From the IMG/VR virus record IMGVR_UViG_3300009782_000011: a DNA stretch of 33,247 nt; one strand, written 5' to 3'. The position numbers and the translations under genes were made by a program. This document shows, piece after piece, positions 22,734-32,273 of this stretch. The stretch is from a virus. The notes beneath the pieces are model-generated. The model ran no database searches. It was not told where the DNA came from and saw only the letters and a program-made list of their open reading frames with translations. The number at the start of each line of letters is the position of its first letter. Position 1 is the first letter of the stretch.

Positions 22734-24023
22734 CTATAACTCTGCCTCGTGCCACAAACTAAGTGTTGCTGTTCCGGTGCTTAAAGTAGATGTTATTTTG
22801 TAATAATAATTTGGCGGGACAATAAATGTGATTGGGTATGTTTGAGTATTATCAGCAGTTGAGTCATTGATTAAATTTCTTGCCCTTAAAATATTTATAT
22901 TTGGCGTGTCAGTTGGGCCAATAAATGCGTCTATTTGTGCATAATGGCTTGCAGTAGTTCCACTATATAAATCAATAACTGCATAAACAATCAAGGCTTT
23001 TTTGCTTGTGTTTTGATATGTTGTCCCGATCGCCCTTGTTTTAAATTCTGCTATTGGAGTTATGTTTCTTATTTCTGCGTTTATTTGATTATCATTTCCA
23101 AGCCTAATCAAATTGTAATCATCTCCCTGACCTGCAACCTCTGTTGCATTAGCACCTAAATCTAAATAAGTCGCGACTGAAATGTCAGTCCCAGAACTTG
23201 GTGCTTGTAATTTTAAAATTGAACTCTTTGCACCCCCGTCACAAAATATTTCAAAATGGTTTGTATTCCACAAAACAATTTCATTTTTTCCGGTTTCAGT
23301 TCTTATCTCTGATTGTATTATTTTTGACAACAAAGCCTCTCCGGCAGGGAAATTTATTTCACACCTCATTGCCCCCCCCGTGCTATAATCTGGCCACAAA
23401 GCGAACTCTCCGGCAATTGGACTTGTGCTATGGAAATAAACATCTAAACCATAATTGTTGCCAGATACAAAATCACAATAAACACCTAAAAAATATCTTT
23501 TATTTGCCTCCAATTCTTGGTTCATAGTAAAAGACACAAGACTCGCAGATGTTGAGAAATTGGCGGTTGGGACTGATACCTGTTTTACTGGATTTGCCCA
23601 ATCAACTGTCGTCCCGGTGACATTATAAATCCCGACAAGAACATTCCCAGTTGGGGAGCCTGTGCTTTTTTTGCAATAAATTCTAACGGTAGACACATAT
23701 GGATTTGTTGTTGGCGTAAAAGATTGACCAAATTTTCGACTGCTGTATGTTCTATTGTCAAAATCAGAACTTGTTTTTTCCAATTTAGACGCAACAAAAC
23801 TTGTCAAATCAACTCCGACATTTCTTTGAACGCCATCTATTGTCGCCTTAAAAGCACCATTGTTTGCACCAGTTCTAAGGGCTGTAAAATTCGCAATAAC
23901 AACACTTGTTCCACCAATCAATTTTGCAGGCGATAACGCAACAACATTGTCGGGGTCTATGCTGTTCACATTTACTGCCGGCAATTTTTCTCCCGGATTA
24001 AATTTGTATTTATCTAGTCCCAT
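22734..24023 (-). CDS. Tail fibre / receptor-binding protein
   Basis: 429 aa, Ser/Thr/Asn/Gly-rich. Last large gene of the tail module. Confidence 0.5.
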   Translation of the reverse strand: MGLDKYKFNPGEKLPAVNVNSIDPDNVVALSPAKLIGGTSVVIANFTALRTGANNGAFKATIDGVQRNVGVDLTSFVASKLEKTSSDFDNRTYSSRKFGQSFTPTTNPYVSTVRIYCKKSTGSPTGNVLVGIYNVTGTTVDWANPVKQVSVPTANFSTSASLVSFTMNQELEANKRYFLGVYCDFVSGNNYGLDVYFHSTSPIAGEFALWPDYSTGGAMRCEINFPAGEALLSKIIQSEIRTETGKNEIVLWNTNHFEIFCDGGAKSSILKLQAPSSGTDISVATYLDLGANATEVAGQGDDYNLIRLGNDNQINAEIRNITPIAEFKTRAIGTTYQNTSKKALIVYAVIDLYSGTTASHYAQIDAFIGPTDTPNINILRARNLINDSTADNTQTYPITFIVPPNYYYKITSTLSTGTATLSLWHEAEL

Positions 24024-24025
24024 AT

Positions 24026-24310
24026 CTATTTTGTTAATTTTTTAGCCTCCTGCACAATTTCGCTTTTAACATCTCGCACATCTTTTGTTTTTTCAACTTT
24101 CTTGCGAGTAAAATTTGCAGGTTTATGTTTATCATCAAATTTTTCGTCAAAATCTCCGAATTTAGCACGGAGAACTTTGTGAAAAAATCCAAGCTCACTC
24201 ACGATTTCAAAGGCGTCAGCCTTTCCCTCAACTTCAACCTCAACAACTAAAACATTGTTTTTCTTTTCCTCTTTGATTTCTTTTTCGGTTGTGTCAATTT
24301 TTTCTTTCAT
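24026..24310 (-). CDS. Hypothetical charged protein (94 aa) in the tail module
   Basis: ORF in the array. Confidence 0.5.
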   Translation of the reverse strand: MKEKIDTTEKEIKEEKKNNVLVVEVEVEGKADAFEIVSELGFFHKVLRAKFGDFDEKFDDKHKPANFTRKKVEKTKDVRDVKSEIVQEAKKLTK

Positions 24311-24342
24311 AACTTTATTTTAGCATAAATTTTAATTTTTGG

Positions 24343-24945
24343 CTATACACTTTGAAAGGTATATTTGCAAGAAATTAACAGAGCTGTGTTCGAGTCTTTA
24401 ACCCAATTAAGCCCAGTTATATGCGACCACAATTCTCCGGTATCAGCACCGGCCTCTCCGTCAATACAATTTCCGAACTCTGTGAAAGTTCCCGACACTT
24501 CTCCCTCTGTAAAGAAAACAGTCAAGATCGCTTTGTTGCTGTCATCAGTAGCAGAGGCAACATCATTTCTGTAAACTTCATTGATTAAGGTTGTGTCACT
24601 TGCAGAGGCACTTCCAACTCCGTCGCCCAATAAAGCCTTGTTAATATGGCACTCAAAACTTGCGTCACCAGTCAATCTTTTTGTAATGGTATTAAATCCG
24701 GCATTGCAAATCACATTTGTTCTCTTGTGAATTTTGGTCAATTTTCCTAAACTATAAGCACCGATAAATCTCTTGTAAAAAAAACTCCTCAACTTTGCAC
24801 TCGGCAATTTATCAATCACATTATATCTCCAAAAATCCAATCTTTTGTTTTTGGCTTTTTGTTTTTCTGTCAAGGTGCGTTGATCGTGAAATTTCGCTGT
24901 GATTTCTCCCAACACCCCGACTTTATTTTTCAAACCTTTTTTCAT
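24343..24945 (-). CDS. Minor tail / baseplate protein
   Basis: By position. ICNAGFNTITKRLTGD...ALLGDGVGSASASDTTLINEVYRN resembles a motif common in phage minor tail/fibre-associated proteins. Confidence 0.4.
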   Translation of the reverse strand: MKKGLKNKVGVLGEITAKFHDQRTLTEKQKAKNKRLDFWRYNVIDKLPSAKLRSFFYKRFIGAYSLGKLTKIHKRTNVICNAGFNTITKRLTGDASFECHINKALLGDGVGSASASDTTLINEVYRNDVASATDDSNKAILTVFFTEGEVSGTFTEFGNCIDGEAGADTGELWSHITGLNWVKDSNTALLISCKYTFQSV

Positions 24946-24961
24946 AAATTTATTTTTAATT

Positions 24962-26461
24962 TTAAGCTAATAATCCCCTGTCGAGCAAAAACTCTCTTTT
25001 TTTGTCATCATTTCCGGTCGGAGTATAAGGACACAAAACGAACTCCAACTCTGACGGGTCAAACGGGTCTTTGGCGATGTCCTCCTCAATCTCAATTGTC
25101 TTGTGGTCATTTCCTATCGCCTCCATTGGCCCAATCTGCTCTGTGACGCCTATTTCTGCACTCTCTTGATAATACTTCTCCAAAACATCGTCCTCGTTAA
25201 AATCAACCCTTTTATTGTCATTGAGCAACTTGTCTTGTAAGAATTGAATAATCCCCATTGTTTTCAATGTGGCCAACTCCACCGACCACTCGCCCTTTGT
25301 CCGAGTAATCATCAACAGAGTCACCCTTTGAATTACAAAAGAGTCGCTAACTAATCCGGTAATATTTATTGTTAATGTTTGGCCACTTTTTAGGCCACTT
25401 GTATAGGTCCGAAATCCACCCTCACGAATTGACCGACCATAAGCCTCCAATTGAGCCTCCCCATACAATTTTGCCTCCTCTGAACTCTTGATTGTTTTAT
25501 CTGTTTTAGCAAACTCAAATCTCCCATAAGTAGAAATGCTTGCCAAATCCTCAACCTGCACAATAATCGGTATAAGTGGGTAGCCCTCAATTTCAATCTC
25601 GTGGGTAGATGTAGGTGCAACATCAAATCGAATGTATTTTTGATTATAATCCCAATAGCAATCAAATCCCGACTGGTCCAAATTTTCAGTCCCAACGGTC
25701 ACGGCGACACTATCAACTCGAACGATTGGTCTGCTTGCGAATTTGTAATCTGTATTGAATGTCTTTTGAATTCCGTCAGCAATATGAGTTTTTGTTCTTG
25801 TGTTTGTTGCAACCTTATCTCCCCCTCTAATTGTCACAGAATTTCGCAATTGGCTCAAATCATTTTCTAATTTTAAACTATCGCCAATTATATCTTTTGA
25901 ATTATCAGAAATCAAAAAGGGTGCAATCTCTGTATTCTTAACAAAAAAGTGAATGTCCTTGTCATAATCAATATACCAATTATAGTTTACTAATCGAGCA
26001 AGTTCTGAAATACATTTTGAGATTGTCATTTTATTAAAAACAATCTTGCTTACTGCTATTGAGCAATCGACATTGTCATAAGTAATCCCCGAAGTGTAAT
26101 TGTCGATAATATACTCAATGACCTCTCCGACAGTTGTGCTTGTAAAACTATCGGTCACCAAAATCCTGTCCAATTCTGATGTGTAGTCTTTACAACCGAC
26201 CTCATAACTAACAACATCTCCCTCGATTGAATTCCCTATTGATAAAATTCTCCCTGCAAATATTTTATCAACTCCGTCAAAAACCTCAATCTCATCATTG
26301 ACATTTGGAGAGTATGTTTGGCCTGTATATTTCTTAACGACAAAAGAGCAAGTGTTAGGTTGCTCGTCAACATTGTCCTCGATTGAAAATGACGGCCAAT
26401 CGATTAAATCTGTTTTGTCTATTGAATTGATGTAAACTTGTAAATCCATACTATAAAGCAT
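24962..26461 (-). CDS. Distal tail / baseplate hub protein
   Basis: 499 aa, immediately downstream of and overlapping the tape-measure gene. Confidence 0.5.
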   Translation of the reverse strand: MLYSMDLQVYINSIDKTDLIDWPSFSIEDNVDEQPNTCSFVVKKYTGQTYSPNVNDEIEVFDGVDKIFAGRILSIGNSIEGDVVSYEVGCKDYTSELDRILVTDSFTSTTVGEVIEYIIDNYTSGITYDNVDCSIAVSKIVFNKMTISKCISELARLVNYNWYIDYDKDIHFFVKNTEIAPFLISDNSKDIIGDSLKLENDLSQLRNSVTIRGGDKVATNTRTKTHIADGIQKTFNTDYKFASRPIVRVDSVAVTVGTENLDQSGFDCYWDYNQKYIRFDVAPTSTHEIEIEGYPLIPIIVQVEDLASISTYGRFEFAKTDKTIKSSEEAKLYGEAQLEAYGRSIREGGFRTYTSGLKSGQTLTINITGLVSDSFVIQRVTLLMITRTKGEWSVELATLKTMGIIQFLQDKLLNDNKRVDFNEDDVLEKYYQESAEIGVTEQIGPMEAIGNDHKTIEIEEDIAKDPFDPSELEFVLCPYTPTGNDDKKREFLLDRGLLA

Positions 26462-28004
26462 TACTCAATTTTAATTTCTTGATAATCATATCGCCAACCT
26501 TTTCTCCTGCTTGTCTATCAAGATATGTCCCGTTTAAATAAATATTAAAAGTGCTACCCATTCCTGTATTTCTGCCCAAAGGCACAACTGCCTCCGGTCC
26601 GGCCTCTCCGATTAAAGCAAGGGTTGGTTGTGTGACAATTCCTCCCTCTGCTAATTTTGGTATTGTATTGATTTTATTTATATTGACCCCCGGGACTAAA
26701 TTTATGCCACCGATGACAAGATCGTTAAACTTTTTAATCAGCCAATTTAATTTATCTATAACCCAATTGACTGCACTTTTAAAAGCATTCTTTATCACTT
26801 CCCCTATACTTTCAAAAACCTTTGTAAAAAATTCCCCGATTTTATTTGCGACATTTCCAAACCAAGCAATCGAGGCAGAAAAGAAATCGAAAACTCTTTG
26901 CCATACCCCCATTATGCTTGTGCCAATCACATTAAAAAAATCAAATATTCTTTGCCACAATCCCACTATAAACTCGCCAACTATGTTAAAAAATTCTAGT
27001 AATCCCTCCCACATCAAACGAATTCCTGCGACTATGCTGTCCCAATTTTGATAAACAACCCAACCGAAAGCAACGAGTGCAACGAGGGCCAACACAACCA
27101 ATCCGATCGGAGATGACAATGCAGTTATAACAACCCCGACCATTTTAACCAACGAAATCATTGTTGTAATAACTTTTAAGATAGGAAATAATACTGCCAT
27201 TAGTCCGAGAACTCCACCTGCTATCAAAACAATATTTTTGACTAACTCTTGATTGTTTCTAACCCATTCTGCGAATGTTTGAACTACTGGCAAAACTGCA
27301 TTGATGACATCTTGCATAATTGGCAAAAACACCTCTCCAATATCAGCAGAAAGGTCTTTGAATTGCTTTGACATTTGTTGCAATCTTTCTGCCGGTGTTA
27401 ACATAACCTCTCCGATGTTTGCCAACTCTGCTGAACCGTCTTGCAAAATTTTGTTCATTATAAATTGAGCGTCCATTGCAACACCCATTGCACTTGCCTC
27501 CTCTGCCCAGCCTTTTGTAATAATACCCAAGTTATCTAAAATAAGAGGCGACCCTCTACCGATACCTGTAACCATATCATTAAAAGCCTGTGTTGTGTCT
27601 AAACCAAGGGCCATTCCCTTGACCCTTGCAATCTCCAACAACTTTGCGATGTCCTCCATACTATCTCCAACACCCAAAGCTGCCGCCTTATTTACGGAGA
27701 GCATTATATCTTTATTTGCGATTGTTCCCTTTGACACTTCGTTCAATTTTTCCAACATCTCATCTCCCGACGCACCGAAGTCTTTTGACAATCTTTCGAA
27801 AGATGTTGCTATGCTTTGAAATTCTGACGCGTCTTGCACCGTCTTTCCAATTCCGGCAGAAAGTGCAGCAAAACCTATCGCACCGACTTGCGATATTCTT
27901 TTAAATTGAGGCTCTAAATTTTTGAGTGTCTTTTCAATTCCCCCGAGAGTCTTTGAGGCCTCATCTTTCGCATTTATTAAAATTGTTAGGTCTTTTACTG
28001 CCAT
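26451..28004 (-). CDS. Tape measure protein
   Basis: 517 aa with a helical N-terminus, a central hydrophobic/TM block and internal repeats (GLWQRIFDFFNVIG / GVWQRVFDFFSASI). Follows the chaperone pair. Confidence 0.85.
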   Translation of the reverse strand: MAVKDLTILINAKDEASKTLGGIEKTLKNLEPQFKRISQVGAIGFAALSAGIGKTVQDASEFQSIATSFERLSKDFGASGDEMLEKLNEVSKGTIANKDIMLSVNKAAALGVGDSMEDIAKLLEIARVKGMALGLDTTQAFNDMVTGIGRGSPLILDNLGIITKGWAEEASAMGVAMDAQFIMNKILQDGSAELANIGEVMLTPAERLQQMSKQFKDLSADIGEVFLPIMQDVINAVLPVVQTFAEWVRNNQELVKNIVLIAGGVLGLMAVLFPILKVITTMISLVKMVGVVITALSSPIGLVVLALVALVAFGWVVYQNWDSIVAGIRLMWEGLLEFFNIVGEFIVGLWQRIFDFFNVIGTSIMGVWQRVFDFFSASIAWFGNVANKIGEFFTKVFESIGEVIKNAFKSAVNWVIDKLNWLIKKFNDLVIGGINLVPGVNINKINTIPKLAEGGIVTQPTLALIGEAGPEAVVPLGRNTGMGSTFNIYLNGTYLDRQAGEKVGDMIIKKLKLSNAL

Positions 28005-28006
28005 AG

Positions 28007-28521
28007 TTATTTTTTCTTGTTAGCCTCTCTTTCGAGTCGGCCCTTAACATTTAAAATTTCTAAATATTGCAAGATTATGTCGATTGGCTGTTCTCTAATT
28101 TCATTGATCGTCCAACCATATCTCTCGCTAAACATTTCCATTATTACAATGTCATCGGGGACTTTTTCCCCTTTCAATTGTTTTCTTAAATCGAAGTCGC
28201 TTGCTCTTTTTTTTTATTCCCAAATATTCCTCCCGATAATTCGTCAACTGCTTTGAAAATTTTATCTCCGTCCTCAACCTCTAAATTGTAGGCCCATTCT
28301 TTTGAGTAGGCGATTTCTTTTCCTTGATTATCAACAATCTTTTCAATTGCGATTTCGAGCAACTTATACTTTGAGTCAAAAGTTATTCCTGTGTCAATTT
28401 CCTTGATACCCATTTCGTTAATCTTGACGCCTTTCGACATCTCTTTGACCAACTCCTCTCTTTGTCCCCAAGTTAGTTTCTCCTTGATATGCACTTCTGC
28501 ATTTGTGATTTGTAGCACCAT
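28007..28521 (-). CDS. Tail assembly chaperone -1 frameshift product (gpGT analogue). The slip is on the A9 run at 28207-28215.
   Basis: 0 frame: GGG AAU AAA AAA AAA GAG ... UAA at 28186. The -1 frame from 28207 stays open for 66 codons (RASDFDLRKQ...ERYGWTINEIREQPIDIILQYLEIL...ANKKK) and stops at 28007, 3 nt before the tape-measure ATG. Confidence 0.65.
28186..28521 (-). CDS. Tail assembly chaperone (gpG analogue)
   Basis: 111 aa, between the tail tube and tape-measure genes. Ends just after an A9 slippery run. Confidence 0.7.
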   Translation of the reverse strand: MVLQITNAEVHIKEKLTWGQREELVKEMSKGVKINEMGIKEIDTGITFDSKYKLLEIAIEKIVDNQGKEIAYSKEWAYNLEVEDGDKIFKAVDELSGGIFGNKKKEQATSI

Positions 28522-28540
28522 AATTTTAAAATTATTTTGT

Positions 28541-28570
28541 AAAAAAGCCCACCCGAATTGAGTGGGCTTA
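28541..28570 (-). terminator. Intrinsic terminator/attenuator after the major tail gene
   Basis: Minus strand: AAGCCCAC-UCAAUUCGG-GUGGGCUU followed by UUUU. Confidence 0.75.
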
Positions 28571-28577
28571 TTTTAAT

Positions 28578-29555
28578 TTAGTAGCTTGCTTGTGTGTTGG
28601 TCAATATCGCCTCAATGCTCTTGCTATCTGTTAGTGAGTAAAATCCTTTAAACGATACAGACAAACTTGCAATGTCATTATTTCCACCCGATACTTTTGC
28701 CTCGCTGAATTTTACTTTTGCAAGGTCAATGACAAGTTTTGGGTGAGAGGTTGTTCCGATTGTGACGGCTGAATTTTCCAACTCAATCCTCATTGATTTG
28801 GCTAATCCCTGTATTGCATAATCTCTTTCGTAAACACTTGAAAAATACAATTCCATTGTTCCCTCGATTGTAAATTGTTTATTTAAGAAATCAGCAGGCC
28901 CGTCAGTTCCCAAAACATCTTTGTCCTCAATATTTTTTGATATTTCTATCTCAAAATTTTTGACATCTAATTTGTTTGCTGAACTAAGCCCTGCAAGAGT
29001 ATCGGCTAATTTAACCGAGATATTTTTTGCCAAGAAATAATTTTCTGCAACATAGCTCGGGGTAGCAGTTCCGGCAACTCCGGCCTTTCCTCTCAATGAG
29101 GCCTCAAAGGTAACATAGTCGTTGACCTCTGCTGATAATTTAAAACTATCAACAACAACATTTGCGAAAGCCTTTTGTTCGATGTCTCCTCTTTTAATTT
29201 CAAGAGTCAATGATTGGTGCAATGCAGATTGTAAAACTGCAAAGGTATGCTCATAAACTCCGGCGTCCCCAGACTTTCCGGCAGAATTTACTTGACCGAA
29301 AGCACCCAGTAAAAAATAACCGATTGACTTGTCAAACACTTCTCCCCCGACATTTCCTGCCGAGAAATTTTTTGCAACGACTTGATCGTCGCTGTCCTCA
29401 ATCACTCCCATTCCTCTCTCTGTTACTACTGGCTCAATCTCGTCATTGTATTCCTCTGTTGTTAACTTTAACCACATTGCAGGAGTGACCTTTGTTCCTC
29501 TTGTGGTTTCTTTTCCGACGCCCACATTAAATCGTCTTTTTAAAATCTCGCTCAT
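28578..29555 (-). CDS. Major tail (tube) protein
   Basis: 325 aa. By position, followed by the terminator and chaperone pair. The N-terminal FNVGVGKETTRGTKVTP pattern is typical of tail tube proteins. Confidence 0.65.
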   Translation of the reverse strand: MSEILKRRFNVGVGKETTRGTKVTPAMWLKLTTEEYNDEIEPVVTERGMGVIEDSDDQVVAKNFSAGNVGGEVFDKSIGYFLLGAFGQVNSAGKSGDAGVYEHTFAVLQSALHQSLTLEIKRGDIEQKAFANVVVDSFKLSAEVNDYVTFEASLRGKAGVAGTATPSYVAENYFLAKNISVKLADTLAGLSSANKLDVKNFEIEISKNIEDKDVLGTDGPADFLNKQFTIEGTMELYFSSVYERDYAIQGLAKSMRIELENSAVTIGTTSHPKLVIDLAKVKFSEAKVSGGNNDIASLSVSFKGFYSLTDSKSIEAILTNTQASY

Positions 29556-29562
29556 ATTTTTT

Positions 29563-29745
29563 TTATTTAATTTTAAAATCTTTTAGTTTTTTATCAGCCT
29601 CCTCTTTCGAGGTTGCTTTTATTGTCACACCATAATCGGGGTAACAATACTCAATCTCCTTTGTTTCAATTATAGCATTTTTTTTATTTTCCGGCAATCT
29701 TTTCTCCGGCCTCAACCCCTTGTCCTCGAATTTTTTAATAGCCAT
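29563..29745 (-). CDS. Hypothetical 60-aa protein
   Basis: ORF in the array. Confidence 0.45.
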   Translation of the reverse strand: MAIKKFEDKGLRPEKRLPENKKNAIIETKEIEYCYPDYGVTIKATSKEEADKKLKDFKIK

Positions 29746-29761
29746 ATTTATAAAGTTAATT

Positions 29762-30175
29762 TTAAGATATTTGTTTTAGCTTTCTGCAATCAATTTGCAG
29801 GTCAACACCTCTCATCAACAACTCTCTGTCCTCCCACATAAAAACAGATGTCAAAGATACATCGTCACAGATACCCCCGAGGGTGTCATCATTCTCGAAA
29901 GCGTCATCAATCAAATCTGCTAAATTTATCAAAAGACTTTCTCCGGCCTCTTGTCCTCTTGCCTCCTCATTTACTTCTTGCAAAATCTTGACCTTGAATT
30001 TATAAGTCTTTTTAATTGTCTTGACGCTATCTTTCTCCCGATCGCAGTCCGACCCAAGTATTACTGCAACGGGGTATTTATCAAATCCTCCTTTGTTGAA
30101 TTTATAAACATTGCCAACCAATCCGGTAATCGAATTGAGCTTGTTATAAATTGCTGTTGTTAGTTGATTTCTCAT
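29762..30175 (-). CDS. Tail completion / terminator protein
   Basis: By position. TTAIYNKLNSITGLVGNVY...YPVAVI N-terminus resembles DUF3168-type proteins. Confidence 0.5.
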   Translation of the reverse strand: MRNQLTTAIYNKLNSITGLVGNVYKFNKGGFDKYPVAVILGSDCDREKDSVKTIKKTYKFKVKILQEVNEEARGQEAGESLLINLADLIDDAFENDDTLGGICDDVSLTSVFMWEDRELLMRGVDLQIDCRKLKQIS

Positions 30176-30642
30176 ATTTTTTGTAAAATATTATTTATTG
30201 TTTTATCTATTATTGAATTTACTTTTGCCTCTGTTTGGTCGACAGTTCTCTGCACAAATGGATTTGGTTTTTGTCCGGCAACTCTTTTGGCAAAAACCAT
30301 TCTCCCGTCTCGACCTCTAAACGCTAACATCTTTGCTTTCTTTGGAGTGATGTAACTTCCTTTTGGTCCAAAAATTCCAGTTCCCTCGTGAACATATAAG
30401 GCATAATTTGCAGACTTTCCCGGACCTATCATCGCCCCAATATTAAACAATTTCATCTCAATACTTCTCCTCAAATTTCCCCCCTTATAACTTCCAATCG
30501 GGGCCTCTTTTTTTTCTGTTTCTAAAATCAACGACGCAACTTCTTTGACCGTGTATTTTAACTCCTCCCCAACGATCGCAGGAAATCTTTTAAATAATCT
30601 CTGCAACTCATCTAAATTGTCGACCTTGATTTCAAAAGCCAT
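30172..30642 (-). CDS. HK97 gp10-like head-tail/tail component
   Basis: FKRFPAIVGEELKYTVKEVASLILETEKKEAP...GNLRRSI pattern and position. Confidence 0.6.
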   Translation of the reverse strand: MAFEIKVDNLDELQRLFKRFPAIVGEELKYTVKEVASLILETEKKEAPIGSYKGGNLRRSIEMKLFNIGAMIGPGKSANYALYVHEGTGIFGPKGSYITPKKAKMLAFRGRDGRMVFAKRVAGQKPNPFVQRTVDQTEAKVNSIIDKTINNILQKI

Positions 30643-30645
30643 ATT

Positions 30646-30945
30646 TTAATTGTTCGGTTTATAAATAAAAGCCTCAATCCTTTCTAATGCTCTCAATTTA
30701 AAAACTCGAATTGTTTTGACAATATAAGTTTCCCCCTCACAAACAATTTTGTCTGCCTCTTTTAAATCCTCATTGACATCACAAACCAACTTGAATTGTT
30801 TTGACGGATCGCCCTCCATTAACATTGTGTCCTCTGCCTTGACTGGCAAAATCATTCCTGTTATTTGTCCATTAAGTTTGTATTGCTCGGTTGTAGAGTA
30901 AATATTTAATCTATAAACCGAGATTGTTTGTTCAAAAAATATCAT
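30646..30945 (-). CDS. Head closure / head-tail adaptor protein
   Basis: 99 aa. Call is by position between the connector and gp10-like genes. Confidence 0.45.
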   Translation of the reverse strand: MIFFEQTISVYRLNIYSTTEQYKLNGQITGMILPVKAEDTMLMEGDPSKQFKLVCDVNEDLKEADKIVCEGETYIVKTIRVFKLRALERIEAFIYKPNN

Positions 30946-31508
30946 ACAGTAAAACTTTTATATTTATTAAGTAGCAATTTTATTTCATCACTCATCGAGC
31001 CTGCGAAATTTACGCTTGCCCCCTCTAAACTCTCCGAACTAAGCCCCTCTGCCTTTCTCTTGTTAAATATGGCACTTGATAACTTCAAACAGGCCAATTT
31101 TAAGTCCTCCGGCATTGTTAGCGAGGTGTAACCTGCCTTGTATGTCACTTTATACCCAAAACCACCCAAATCACTACCTCTGACCGATTTTAAGGCAATT
31201 CTGCCCTCCTCTAAATATGTTTGGTAATTTGCTCTTTCCTCCTCGACCCAAGTAGGCACGCTTTCAGTCCCCGAGTTATAGTAGACTTTTAAATCTGAAA
31301 TGTTAATCCTTGTTTGCAGAAATATGTCATTGTTATTCTCGATCGCCTCATCAGAGCTAAAATATTCTGTCAAACTGGTTTCAATTAAAACATTATTGCA
31401 ATGGCTTTCAATAAACTTTTTAGCCCCTGCAATAACTTGGTCGATAACATTGTCATAATTGTTCAATGTTATTCCTACAAATGTTTTGAACTCATCTTTT
31501 GTAATCAT
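30942..31508 (-). CDS. gp6-like head-tail connector protein
   Basis: N-terminal ITKDEFKTFVGIT...VIDQVIAGAKKFIESHCN is typical of gp6-like connectors, and the position fits. Confidence 0.55.
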   Translation of the reverse strand: MITKDEFKTFVGITLNNYDNVIDQVIAGAKKFIESHCNNVLIETSLTEYFSSDEAIENNNDIFLQTRINISDLKVYYNSGTESVPTWVEEERANYQTYLEEGRIALKSVRGSDLGGFGYKVTYKAGYTSLTMPEDLKLACLKLSSAIFNKRKAEGLSSESLEGASVNFAGSMSDEIKLLLNKYKSFTV

Positions 31509-31538
31509 ATTTTTTAAAATTATTTTTGAATTAGCCCG

Positions 31539-31790
31539 TCAAGGTGGGCAAGTCCTTTGATAATCTTTTAATCTTTTAAATCTCAATAAGAGTTCGATGA
31601 CTTCCTCCAATGACTTGTTGCCAAATACTCTGTGCCAATAGCGATGTCTTTCAATATCCAAGACTGCTATATTCCACTTGTCATCTTTTCCACCTTTGCA
31701 TTTATTTACAAGGTGGTGTCTGTTCATTCCCCTCCTCTTGTCTGCTCGCTTATCGACTTTGCGATTGCGATTTTGTTTTCTGATTTTCAT
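31539..31790 (-). CDS. Small HNH-family nuclease (83 aa)
   Basis: NRHHLVNKCKGG...WNIAVLDIERHRYWHRVFG. The only gene examined with a canonical SD (AAAGGAGG, 5-nt spacer). Confidence 0.6.
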   Translation of the reverse strand: MKIRKQNRNRKVDKRADKRRGMNRHHLVNKCKGGKDDKWNIAVLDIERHRYWHRVFGNKSLEEVIELLLRFKRLKDYQRTCPP

Positions 31791-31805
31791 TTTGACCTCC
31801 TTTTT

Positions 31806-32273
31806 TTATTTGATTGTGATTGTGCTTTTTTCAGTTGTCGAGATCGCCTTTAAATAGCTAAACTCTTTTTTTCTTTCCTCACAATCGACAACCCCTTTCT
31901 GCCTCAACCAATCCTCAAACGAGATGTCTTTGTGAAAAAATGTCAATTTGTAATCATTGTAAATATTCTTGATTATATTTCTATCATCTGCAAACATCAG
32001 ACCATAGCCCTCGATTAAAACCTTTTTGTCCTTTGGTAACATTTTCCTGTAATATTTATCTTTTAATTTTCTAACCAATTCTTGATTTTCTTTTTGCCAA
32101 ACTCTCGGATTTGCGAAGTCTAAAATCTCCAACTCTTTCCCGATTTCAAAATAAACGAAATCTGTGCAAAACTCTCTTTCTATTTCAAATAAATCTTTTA
32201 GCATTCTTGCTGTCGTAGTCTTTCCGGCTGAGGGTATTCCCCCAATCATTATAAGTTGTTTTTGCATTTCCAT
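31806..32273 (-). CDS. P-loop NTPase / small-molecule kinase-like protein (155 aa)
   Basis: Walker A: MIGGIPSAGKTTTA. Walker B-like: VLIEGYG. The substrate is unknown. Confidence 0.55.
   Translation of the reverse strand: MEMQKQLIMIGGIPSAGKTTTARMLKDLFEIEREFCTDFVYFEIGKELEILDFANPRVWQKENQELVRKLKDKYYRKMLPKDKKVLIEGYGLMFADDRNIIKNIYNDYKLTFFHKDISFEDWLRQKGVVDCEERKKEFSYLKAISTTEKSTITIK

Noticed and set aside
31531-31550. GCCC-N8-GGGC hairpin at the end of the small HNH gene as a terminator.
   Set aside because: The stem is only 4 bp, it overlaps the stop codon and no U-tract follows. It is too weak to call.
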